Assembly (NCBI GenBank): GCA_047150005.1
Contig: AP038806.1
Coordinates: 96,001-160,000 of the forward strand
Length of the DNA stretch: 64,000 nt
Source: Nitrospira sp.
GTDB taxonomy: Bacteria > Nitrospirota > Nitrospiria > Nitrospirales > Nitrospiraceae
Direction: 5' to 3'
Part shown: one piece after another, positions 43,115 through 51,561 of the stretch
Layout: each line of letters starts with the position of its first letter
How positions within the stretch are numbered: position 1 is the stretch's first letter
Made by a program: the position numbers and the translations under genes
Notes under the pieces: generated by a model
What the model was told of the DNA's origin: nothing
The model's input: the letters and a program-made list of their open reading frames with translations, nothing else
The model's database searches: none

Positions 43115-43617
43115 CGGTATCCGATTTCCTCAGCCGACTTGAGAGCGTCCGGTCACGCGGCACCGGTAAGTGGTCTGCTCGGTGTCCGGCCCATCCCGAC
43201 AAGAATCCGTCCCTCTCCGTCGTAGAGGGTGAACGCGGCCTGTTGGTCCGGTGCTGGGCCGGCTGTTCTGTTCAGAGCGTGTGCGGGGCGTTGGGCATCG
43301 CTGTCTCCGATCTGTTCTATGACAACAAGGAGAACCGGCGTCGGCTCACGCAACGAACACCGCGACCGAATCTTGGCACCATCGTGTTTCGCTTCCGTCT
43401 CCATGCCGCTTGTCTGGCGATCCGAGCTGAAGAAACCCTCACGGCTGCCCAGAGACTCGATTGCTCCAACTGGAGCGATGACGATTTTGAGCGGGCGCTG
43501 ACGGGCGTCAGCCGTGCGTATGAGGATTGGACCAGAGCGGACCTGCTCGAAGATGTGGCCTATCGGTTGCGGAAACGGTTGCTGGAGCGCGAACGGATGA
43601 GGACCCATGCAGCCTGA
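43111..43617 (+). CDS. Stand-alone primase-type CHC2 zinc-finger protein
   Basis: CPAH.D.NPSL...CWAGC; no TOPRIM motif seen. Confidence 0.85.
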   Translation: MTVSDFLSRLESVRSRGTGKWSARCPAHPDKNPSLSVVEGERGLLVRCWAGCSVQSVCGALGIAVSDLFYDNKENRRRLTQRTPRPNLGTIVFRFRLHAACLAIRAEETLTAAQRLDCSNWSDDDFERALTGVSRAYEDWTRADLLEDVAYRLRKRLLERERMRTHAA

Positions 43618-44785
43618 GGCTCAACGGATACTGGATTCGTCCTACAAACCACTCGATGCCCAGATGACGGCTGAGCTGTCTCAAAAAGACCACAAAACGG
43701 ATTCTCTTTCATGTCCTCCCCCTATAAATGGGGGCCTGCATGAATCACAAATTTCCGGGAGGGGGGATGCTTTCCCTTTCATGCATCCCCCTTCTCTTAT
43801 AGGACATGAAACGAATTTTCATCCCCTGGCGGCCTCGACCTTCCTGACGGAGCCGGACGAGGCGATGGACTGGGTGCTGGAGGATTACTGTCCGTCCGGC
43901 GGGGTCGTTCTCGTGGCGGGCAAACCTAAAGAGGGAAAGAGCACCCTGGTCTATGAGTTGGTCGTCAAGGTGATGAAAGGACAGCCCTTCCTAGGGCGGG
44001 CCACCACGCCGGGCGGCGTCTTGATCTTGGCGCTCGAAGAGCATCGCCGTGATGTCCGGATGCGCCTCGCAGGGCTGGGGGTGGTGCCGTCCGATCCGGT
44101 CTATGTGCATGTCGGCCCGCTGACGCCATCCCGCAAGGTGTTCGATGAGCTGAAGGCCTTCATTACGGAGCGCAAGATTGTGCTCGTGCTCGTCGATACC
44201 CTGGCTGCCTTCTGGCGGATCGACGATGAGAATGATGCGGCGGCGGTCACGAAAGCCGTGAAGCCGATTCTGGAGCTGGCCCGCGAAAGCAAAGCCTGCG
44301 TCATCTTGATCCATCACGCGCGGAAATCCGATGGCAGTTATGGTGATGAGATTCGGGGAAGTGGTGCCTTGTTCGCCTTGGCCGATGTCGCCTTGATACT
44401 CAAACGACACGAAGTCGAGAATCAGCGGAAACTGATCGGGGTCAGCCGGTACCCGGAGACACCAACCGACATGATTCTCGAACTGCGAGAGACGGGATAC
44501 GTCGCGCTCGGGGACCCGTGCCTGGTCAACAAGAGCGCACGGAAGGCCAAGCTCAAGGCGGCTCTGGGTCAGATACCGGAAGAGGCCGCGACGATTATCA
44601 AGCGTGCCGGTCTGTCAGTGCGCGACGGGCAGCGGTTGCTCGCTGATCTGACCAAGACCGGCGAGGCCGTCCGAGAAGGGCAAGGGAAGAAAGGAAGTCC
44701 ATTCCTCTATCGCGCCATTCCGTTTCATGCAACCCCCTCATCCCCCTGCATGAATGGCATTGAGGTGGTACCCGATGAAAGTTGA
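43607..44785 (+). CDS. RecA-like AAA (AAA_25/RepA-type) helicase with C-terminal winged-helix-like region
   Basis: GKPKEGKS, LVLVDT, IHHARK, RGSGA. Confidence 0.9.
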   Translation: MQPEAQRILDSSYKPLDAQMTAELSQKDHKTDSLSCPPPINGGLHESQISGRGDAFPFMHPPSLIGHETNFHPLAASTFLTEPDEAMDWVLEDYCPSGGVVLVAGKPKEGKSTLVYELVVKVMKGQPFLGRATTPGGVLILALEEHRRDVRMRLAGLGVVPSDPVYVHVGPLTPSRKVFDELKAFITERKIVLVLVDTLAAFWRIDDENDAAAVTKAVKPILELARESKACVILIHHARKSDGSYGDEIRGSGALFALADVALILKRHEVENQRKLIGVSRYPETPTDMILELRETGYVALGDPCLVNKSARKAKLKAALGQIPEEAATIIKRAGLSVRDGQRLLADLTKTGEAVREGQGKKGSPFLYRAIPFHATPSSPCMNGIEVVPDES

Positions 44786-45173
44786 AGCAGTCGGCACCCC
44801 CTTCATCTATCGTTGGCCTGGCGGCGAAGTCCGATTGGAACCAGGACAGCCGGTCGACCTGCCGCCGGACAGGGCCGCCAAGCTGTTGGCACGGGCCGGC
44901 GGGCGGGTTCGGCTGGTGAATGTGCCAGACCCCATCGTCATGGAGTCAGCTTCAACCACGGCCAAGCCGATCTATTGGGAGCAAGCAGACGGTCGGATCG
45001 TCGGCCCTGCGACGCCGGAGTTCTTGGCAATGTCCGGCAGCGGACCAGCGACCGTGTTTTGGGTGGTCGCCACGGTGAATGGCCAGGGTTACTGGATTCG
45101 GGCTGATCGTCTGCGATCACGGGCCCAGTATGAGCGGCACGGGATGAGGAAGGCGGCACCATGTCGGTCATAA
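44775..45173 (+). CDS. Hypothetical protein
   Basis: GAGGT RBS; overlaps the helicase stop. Confidence 0.6.
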   Translation: MKVEAVGTPFIYRWPGGEVRLEPGQPVDLPPDRAAKLLARAGGRVRLVNVPDPIVMESASTTAKPIYWEQADGRIVGPATPEFLAMSGSGPATVFWVVATVNGQGYWIRADRLRSRAQYERHGMRKAAPCRS

Positions 45174-45280
45174 CGGTGCTCGGCGTGATGTTCGTCTTCG
45201 AGGCGGTCGTACTATGGATCACGTGGCGAGGAGTCCGGTCGATACAGCGGGATCGCGCCATACAGGAGGCGAACACATGA
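45161..45280 (+). CDS. 39-aa single-TM membrane peptide (not in the ORF track)
   Basis: MSVITVLGVMFVFEAVVLWITWRGVRSIQRDRAIQEANT*; purine-rich RBS; ATGA coupling to the next ORF. Confidence 0.6.
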   Translation: MSVITVLGVMFVFEAVVLWITWRGVRSIQRDRAIQEANT

Positions 45281-45468
45281 AGAAGCGGACTGCGCCGGTA
45301 CCCCCTCCGATCTCCGACGAGGATCTGCATGCCCTGCTTCGGGATCTGGACGCGAATACCAAGCGGATTACAGAGAAATTTGGGCTGCAGATTCCAACCG
45401 ATGAACCCGAACAGGAACAACCTGGACCTGAACAGCAACAGAAAGAGGTGAAGATATGGGGCATGTGA
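45277..45468 (+). CDS. Small hypothetical protein
   Basis: AGGAGG RBS; coupled to genes on both sides. Confidence 0.6.
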   Translation: MKKRTAPVPPPISDEDLHALLRDLDANTKRITEKFGLQIPTDEPEQEQPGPEQQQKEVKIWGM

Positions 45469-45773
45469 GCAGCGACACCACAAAATATTTAGCTCGAAAG
45501 ATTCAGCAGACCACGGCCACCATTGAGGAACTGAAGCGAGCACAGGAGCGATTTCAAGACGCGCAGGCGGTGGAACAATTGCGGAGCGAACTCCTGCGAC
45601 TCTGGACGTTGAAACGTTACCAGCTCATCAAACGCGGTGATGTGCCGCATTCCGTGACGGTGCGACTCGGCGAACTCATCAAGATGCTGAATCGCGCCAC
45701 CTCGTTTCGGGACCACCAGACCATCATTGAAGGACTCACGCGGCTGGTGGCGCCGTATACGAAGACGGCGTGA
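45465..45773 (+). CDS. Hypothetical helical protein upstream of the capsid gene
   Basis: GTGA overlap; predicted coiled-coil N-terminus. Confidence 0.6.
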   Translation: MSSDTTKYLARKIQQTTATIEELKRAQERFQDAQAVEQLRSELLRLWTLKRYQLIKRGDVPHSVTVRLGELIKMLNRATSFRDHQTIIEGLTRLVAPYTKTA

Positions 45774-45809
45774 CGACGAACACCCTTAACCGACAAAGGA
45801 GTCTGACCC

Positions 45810-46838
45810 ATGAATGGCTTGATTGAGAGTGCCAAGGATCACGTCTTGAACCTGCGGATCAAAGCGGAAGAACGCGGTCGGGCCGGCGGCGCCGATGCCA
45901 CCCAGGATGCCCTGCACCTGTCCCTCGAAGCGGATCGCATGGCGGAAAGGATCGGGGACTTGGAAGCGATCACCGAGTACATCCGCTGTGGCAAGGAATC
46001 GAAAGCGTTACAAACGGGGACGGGGCCACAAGGCGGCTATGCCGTTCCGACCGTTCTGTCTGGAGACGTTCTGCTCAAGCCGTCAGGTGCCACGATTGGA
46101 CAACTGTGCACCCACCGCACACTGACGAAGGGGGATGGGTATCCGCTTCCCACAATTCCGGCAGGCCCCACGGTCGGCTTCTACGACGAGGACGAGGACT
46201 ATGCCGATGATGGAACGTTTCGTCTTGCCAGTGAGGTGATTCCCATACGCAACCTGGGCACACGGATTCCGGTGTCCAGTCACGAGCTGGGTTCGGTGGC
46301 TGAAGATTTCACCCAGTGGCTGACTGACACTGCGGCCCCGGCTTTTGACGAAAAGCTTGATGAACAAATCATCATCGGTGATGGGATCAAATCGTTGGAA
46401 GGCGCCTTAGTGGCCAAGGGTGTCTCGGAGGTCCCGTCCGGCAACGCCTCGACGCTGACCGCAGACGGCATTAGAAAACTGTTCTTCGGCCTGAAGGCCC
46501 CCTACCGGCTCAACGCCACGTGGGCGATGAACTCCCAGACGGCTGAACTCGTGCGGGGACTCAAAGACACGAGCGGGATGCCGATCTACAACGAATCGCA
46601 AGACACCATCTTTCGCCGTCCCATTGCAATCAATGAATCCATGCCGGACGTGGCGGCGGGGTCCTCTCCGATCATTGTGGGAGACTGGCGCTTCTATTGG
46701 ATCGTCACGCGCATGGCGCTGTCGGTGTTCCGCAATCCCTACAAGCGGAAGCCGTTGGTGCTGTTCGATCTGACCAAGCGCGTCGGGGGCCAAGTGGTCT
46801 TCGCTGACGCCTTTGCGAAACAGAAAGTCTCAACCTAA
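45810..46838 (+). CDS. HK97-fold major capsid protein
   Basis: GGYAVP, GDG, YRLNATWAMN, LKDTSG.P, IVGDW, KRVGG. Confidence 0.9.
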   Translation: MNGLIESAKDHVLNLRIKAEERGRAGGADATQDALHLSLEADRMAERIGDLEAITEYIRCGKESKALQTGTGPQGGYAVPTVLSGDVLLKPSGATIGQLCTHRTLTKGDGYPLPTIPAGPTVGFYDEDEDYADDGTFRLASEVIPIRNLGTRIPVSSHELGSVAEDFTQWLTDTAAPAFDEKLDEQIIIGDGIKSLEGALVAKGVSEVPSGNASTLTADGIRKLFFGLKAPYRLNATWAMNSQTAELVRGLKDTSGMPIYNESQDTIFRRPIAINESMPDVAAGSSPIIVGDWRFYWIVTRMALSVFRNPYKRKPLVLFDLTKRVGGQVVFADAFAKQKVST

Positions 46839-46845
46839 CCACATC

Positions 46846-48378
46846 ATGACAAACACGCGAACGGGTTCAACCTCCTCGTCCACCGCTGGCACTGCCAGGG
46901 GCGTCCTCCAAACGGACCCGTTCGCGCTTTTTGACAAGATGTTCTGGATCGATGGCCGACCGTTATGGAAGGTGTTGGAACCCTACCGGAGGAAGATTCT
47001 CAAGGAGGCGCTGTTCACGTTGCGCCCAGACGGATCACCACAGTACCGGCGGGTCCTCACAGGGAGAGCCAAGAAGAACAGCAAGACGACCGATGGGGTC
47101 TTGGCGGCAATCTACAAATGCATGCTCTGGAAGGCCGCCGGCGGCCGGGAGAACCAAGTCTATCTCGTCGCCAGCGATCTGGCACAAGCGAACGACGATC
47201 TGGAGCTGTGCAAGCTCCTCATCAAACGGAATCCCCTCCTCGATGAACGGCTGAGGCTCAAAAGCAACGTCGTCGAACGGAAAGACGGCGGCGGGTTTAT
47301 TGAAATCCTTCCGGCGGGCGATGCGGCCGGCCTACACGGGAAAACCTATCTCTTCCTGGTGGTCGATGAGCTGCACACGCAGAAGGACTATCGGCTGCTT
47401 GAAGCTCTCGAAATCGATCGGACGAGACCGGACGCGGTGCAATGGTTCTGCTCCTATGCGTCGCTCTATCGGCAGGCCGGGGTTCCCTTGAATGATCTCC
47501 TGCGGCAGCACGAGAAGGGCACCGATCCGCGCCTCTACGTGTCCTGGTACAGCGGGACGGTCGACGAGGCCAACCCCTCACTCAACGGACCGCTCGGGCC
47601 AACGATGGCAGATATTGAGGATGCCCAACGCGCCCTCCCCTCGTGGATCTTCCGCCGACTCTACCTGAATCTGCCCGGTCAACCGGATGGCGCCGCGCTC
47701 ACGGCGGAGAAGGTCGAGGACGCCGTGGTCAAGGGTCGGACGGTCCTCCCGCCTCAACCGGGGATCGCTTACAGCGCCTTCACCGACATGTCGGGCGGCG
47801 GGGCCGACGATGCGACGTTAGCGATCGCCCATCTGACCGATGAGGGACAGGTGGCCATTGATCTTCTTCTGGACCAAGGCCCCCGCAACCAGAACGGCAT
47901 CTTTGATCCCAACCAGGCCACGCGCCGGTTCGCCGACGCGATGAAGCAGTATGGCTGCCTCGTGGTCACGGGCGACCGGTACGCCGGCGAATGGCCACGC
48001 AAAGCTTTTGAAGCCCACGGCATCCACTACGACATCGCCGAACAGAACCGCAGCCAGCTCTACGCCAACCTGGAACCGCTCCTGAACGCGGGGACGGTCC
48101 AGCTATTGGACGACGCCACGCTCCTTGCCCAGCTGATCGGCCTCATTCGCAAGGGGGAGAAGATTGATCACCCCTCGGGCGAACATGACGATCGCGCCAA
48201 TGCCGTCGCCGGGGCGACGGCCCTCTTGAAATCCGCCGGCCCCGTACCGCGTATCCGGGACTTCTTGACGGACGATGAGCGGCGCGCCTCTGCCATCATG
48301 GCGAGTCAGCGGGAGGCCAGGAGCTTTGCGGCCCGGACAGAGAACTGGAGCGCATTCATTCGAGGGCATGAACGATGA
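46846..48378 (+). CDS. Terminase large subunit
   Basis: RAKKNSKTT Walker A, LVVDELH Walker B, FTDMSGG and HDDRANAVA RNase H-like nuclease motifs. Confidence 0.88.
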   Translation: MTNTRTGSTSSSTAGTARGVLQTDPFALFDKMFWIDGRPLWKVLEPYRRKILKEALFTLRPDGSPQYRRVLTGRAKKNSKTTDGVLAAIYKCMLWKAAGGRENQVYLVASDLAQANDDLELCKLLIKRNPLLDERLRLKSNVVERKDGGGFIEILPAGDAAGLHGKTYLFLVVDELHTQKDYRLLEALEIDRTRPDAVQWFCSYASLYRQAGVPLNDLLRQHEKGTDPRLYVSWYSGTVDEANPSLNGPLGPTMADIEDAQRALPSWIFRRLYLNLPGQPDGAALTAEKVEDAVVKGRTVLPPQPGIAYSAFTDMSGGGADDATLAIAHLTDEGQVAIDLLLDQGPRNQNGIFDPNQATRRFADAMKQYGCLVVTGDRYAGEWPRKAFEAHGIHYDIAEQNRSQLYANLEPLLNAGTVQLLDDATLLAQLIGLIRKGEKIDHPSGEHDDRANAVAGATALLKSAGPVPRIRDFLTDDERRASAIMASQREARSFAARTENWSAFIRGHER

Positions 48379-48710
48379 CGGATCTTTCCATTCCGCTGAA
48401 TCTCGTTGAGCACGCCATTGCCTCCGCTGCGCCGGCGGACTGTCCGGCACTCCTGGGAGAATTGGAACGGCTCAAAGGACTGGCACACCTCCGGATGCTG
48501 GTGGGCCGAGGCCCGAGCGGCCCGGCTCCCCTCCCCCAGACTGACAGCCAGTATTTGACCGTGGCGCAGGTGGCCGACCGCTTCTGCGTGACGCCGAAGT
48601 GGTTGTATCGACACAAGAAGCAGATGCCGCACAGTCAGCCCTCCCGGAAGGTCTTGCTCTTTCCCGAACAGGCCGTTACAAAATGGTTTGCCAGCCGGAA
48701 AGGGCTTTGA
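48375..48710 (+). CDS. Excisionase/AlpA-like HTH_17 protein
   Basis: YLTVAQVADRFCVTPKWLY. Confidence 0.82.
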   Translation: MTDLSIPLNLVEHAIASAAPADCPALLGELERLKGLAHLRMLVGRGPSGPAPLPQTDSQYLTVAQVADRFCVTPKWLYRHKKQMPHSQPSRKVLLFPEQAVTKWFASRKGL

Positions 48711-48736
48711 CAGAGACTATAACTAAGTTATACAAT
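48707..48736 (+). promoter_or_regulatory. Sigma70 promoter with palindromic operator for the HTH-integrase unit
   Basis: TTGACA-18-TACAAT; TATAACTAAGTTATA palindrome at 48718-32. Confidence 0.75.
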
Positions 48737-48740
48737 GGCC

Positions 48741-48959
48741 ATGAAGGGTGCCGAACTCAAGAAGCTTCGAACGGTCCTCGGGATGACCCAGGCCGCACTG
48801 GCCACCGCTGTTGGCGTCACGACGAACGCCATTGCGATGGCCGAACGCGGAGAACGGGGCATCAGTGAACCATTAGCCCGGCTCGTGAAAATGCTGGTGC
48901 AGGTGCATACGGGTGAATTGGTGAGCAGGTCGAAATCGCCCAAGAGGAAAGCCCGATGA
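48741..48959 (+). CDS. XRE/Cro-like HTH regulator
   Basis: LGMTQAALATAVGVTTNAIAMAERG; alternative start at 48735. Confidence 0.88.
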   Translation: MKGAELKKLRTVLGMTQAALATAVGVTTNAIAMAERGERGISEPLARLVKMLVQVHTGELVSRSKSPKRKAR

Positions 48960-50230
48960 AACGGCGCGGCCTGGGCATGGTATATCAGCGGACACGGAAA
49001 GACCCGAAAACCGGCGACGTCACCATCTTGCCGGTTTGGTGGATTCAATATCACTGGCGCGGCAAGCGGTATCGAGAAACGTCAGGGTCCACAAATAAAA
49101 AGGATGCGATCAACCTCCTGAAAGCTCGTTTCGCCGAAATGGGGAAAGGACAACTGCGCGGCCCCGACCTGGAGAAGACGACGTTTGCCGACCTGGAGGG
49201 GATGATCAAGGATGACTACACAGTCAATCAGCGACGGTCCGCGAGGCGGCTGAATACCTCATTGAAACCACTCCGATCTGCATTTGACCATGCACGGGTG
49301 TGTGACATCACCCTTGACCGGCTGAACCGCTATGTGAGCAATCGCCTATCAGAGGGGATTGCCCCGGCCACGGTGAAGCTTGAGTTGACCCATCTCCATA
49401 AAGCCTTCTCGCTTGCGGAACGAGCCGGCAAGGCGGTATGTCCGCCCTTCCCGCAGATCAGCGTGCACAATGTCCGGAAGGGCTTCTTTGAACGGCCCGA
49501 CTTCGAAGCCGTCCGATCTCACTTGCCCGAGGACTTCCGCGGCCCAGCGACGTACGCCTATCTGACTGGCTGGCGGACACCAACCGAAGTGCTGACGCTG
49601 GGATGGCAGGTGAATATCGATTTTCCGGCTGGGGTCGTTCGCCTGGAGCCGGGCACGACCAAGAATGATGAAGGGCGGGTGTTTCCGTTTCACGTGCTGC
49701 CCGAGTTGGATCAGTTGATCCGCCGACAATGGGAACGAGCCATGCAACTCGAAATGGAGACCAGCCAGCGTGTCCCCACGGTCTTCTACTGGAACGACCG
49801 GGGCACGATCAAGCCGATCCATCCCAAGGTGTTCTACCGGCGATGGAAGACCGCGTGTACACGGGCGGGGGTTCCTGGCCGGATCCCGCATGACTTCCGC
49901 CGGACGGCGGTCCGGAACCTGGAGCGGGCCGGGGTGCCGCGATCGGTGGCCATGAAGTTAACCGGCCACAAAACGGAGGCGGTCTATCGCCGGTACGCGA
50001 TCGTGTCCGAAGCGGATTTGAGCGAGGGATTGAAGAAACTGGCGGCGCTGCAGGACCGGTGCGGCAGTCCCACCGAGTTTAGCCACACTTTGGCCACACT
50101 TTCAGAGGAAAACGTGCCAATTGCTGGGGAATATGTGGCGGAGGGGGCGAGATTTGAACTCGCGGACCCCTTGCGAGGTCTCCGGTTTTCAAGACCGGCA
50201 CGTTCGGCCGCTCCGTCACCCCTCCATTAG
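48956..50230 (+). CDS. Tyrosine recombinase/integrase; the frame reads through att and antisense across the tRNA
   Basis: TGWR, TTKN, HDFRR, TGHKT, RRY catalytic residues. Confidence 0.95.
   Translation: MKRRGLGMVYQRTRKDPKTGDVTILPVWWIQYHWRGKRYRETSGSTNKKDAINLLKARFAEMGKGQLRGPDLEKTTFADLEGMIKDDYTVNQRRSARRLNTSLKPLRSAFDHARVCDITLDRLNRYVSNRLSEGIAPATVKLELTHLHKAFSLAERAGKAVCPPFPQISVHNVRKGFFERPDFEAVRSHLPEDFRGPATYAYLTGWRTPTEVLTLGWQVNIDFPAGVVRLEPGTTKNDEGRVFPFHVLPELDQLIRRQWERAMQLEMETSQRVPTVFYWNDRGTIKPIHPKVFYRRWKTACTRAGVPGRIPHDFRRTAVRNLERAGVPRSVAMKLTGHKTEAVYRRYAIVSEADLSEGLKKLAALQDRCGSPTEFSHTLATLSEENVPIAGEYVAEGARFELADPLRGLRFSRPARSAAPSPLH
50136..50225 (-). tRNA. tRNA-Ser(TGA)
   Basis: GGAGGGG acceptor stem, CCGGT-CTTGAAA-ACCGG anticodon arm, long variable arm, GTTCAAATC, CCA. 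Confidence 0.96.
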
Positions 50231-50473
50231 GCACATTGTACGTGATTTCAATATGTTGGCAAGTTAGGCCGTTCTCGCTCTCGTCATGAGGGTGCGCCCA
50301 GGGTGCGGATTCGGCTTGAATTGAATGAGATTTCCCTCTCTCTCCGGCGTCATCATCGATCCGGTTGACCTAGCGTGGATGATCTCCTTCGAGCACGTGG
50401 GAGTATATATCGGGCGTGGCGCTGATGCCACTGGACCCAAGTTGCAGCTGAATGTATTTGACGTTTACACCCC

Positions 50474-50869
50474 CTATAACTTCTCCGGCTCCATGATAAC
50501 GCCATACTTGTCCGGGTCATGCTTCCACGCGCCTGAGGATATCAGGCCGAGGAAGGGGAATAGCAAAAAGCACCCGCCGACGATATCGACGATGCCAACG
50601 CCGCTCAGGGTGCGTGAGGTCGTGCGGTATTGGGTTTGATAGCCCTCTTTCCGAATTTCGATCAGCAGATTGTCCCCTCTATGCGCCTCGAACGAGAGCG
50701 GCGTTTGTCCAACGGCGTTCCCTCCAGCCAACACCTTCGCCCCTTCCGGGGAAGATGTAATCTGAATGGTCTGCATGGACGGCGCGAAGATTGAACAGCC
50801 GCTAAAGCTCACCATCACGAGGCATGCAATAAGCCGACGAGACCCACTCAACAAGTCCGTTCTTTTCAC
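50474..50869 (-). CDS. PEGA-domain lipoprotein
   Basis: FSGC lipobox, ITSSPEGAKV..GQTP, KEGY. Confidence 0.75.
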   Translation of the reverse strand: MKRTDLLSGSRRLIACLVMVSFSGCSIFAPSMQTIQITSSPEGAKVLAGGNAVGQTPLSFEAHRGDNLLIEIRKEGYQTQYRTTSRTLSGVGIVDIVGGCFLLFPFLGLISSGAWKHDPDKYGVIMEPEKL

Positions 50870-51170
50870 TTTGACGACCTCCCGATAAAATCAACGATGA
50901 AGCCGATGAACAACATAAGCATGAAATGCAGAGGGGCGCTATACATTACTGTCCCCGTACCCATCCTGGTTCTTTTCAGTAGGGATTGCAATAAAACGGC
51001 AACTTGGCGAATGACGGGAGGCGTTTGAACGCCACCCACCGAATCAGTTCATGAGATTCAGCGGAGAAAGGGGTTCGGATGGCGCTCGACGAACCGGCTG
51101 AGACCAAGCCCGCGTGGTCAATGAACTCGCAACAGGCTCTCACAGTGTCTGGAATCCTACGAGCAGCGGC

Positions 51171-51557
51171 CTACCTGCCAACTAGTTCCCGTTGAGAGAG
51201 CTTCAGCGGAGTACCGCTCTTTCGTTCGGTTAGCCGAATCGCATCAATATCGGTAAGACCCGATACTATGACACGCGGTCTATTTGGAAACTCAGCGACA
51301 ATTGATAACTTGCCCCCCATGGCTTCTACAAAGCCCCTGAGGGTGGAAAGTAACAGGTCGGTCCGTTTTTCGAGACGCGACACACCATCCTGGCCGATAT
51401 GCAGAGTCTTGGCTATATTCGCTTGAGTGTATCTGAGTGCCTGCCTTAACTCACACAGAGACATTTCCTGGTCAATTAGTTCCTTCGCACGTGCTTCGAT
51501 TTTCCTGCGTCGCTCCGGACTAACTTTCCGTATTTTGTCATGGAGTGTCGTAGCCAT
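51171..51557 (-). CDS. HigA-like XRE antitoxin
   Basis: HTH with VSRLEKRTDLLLSTL, AMGG.L. Confidence 0.9.
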   Translation of the reverse strand: MATTLHDKIRKVSPERRRKIEARAKELIDQEMSLCELRQALRYTQANIAKTLHIGQDGVSRLEKRTDLLLSTLRGFVEAMGGKLSIVAEFPNRPRVIVSGLTDIDAIRLTERKSGTPLKLSQRELVGR

Positions 51558-51561
51558 GAGG

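Larger units (their letters stand above)
38368..50158. mobile_element. Integrated phage-satellite-like element at tRNA-Ser(TGA)
   Basis: 23-bp direct repeat TGGCGGAGGGGGCGAGATTTGAA at both ends; integrase, helicase, capsid and terminase genes inside. Confidence 0.9.

Noticed and set aside
38368..50158. Complete prophage
   Set aside because: No portal, tail or lysis genes recognised, and only ~11.8 kb between the att sites.
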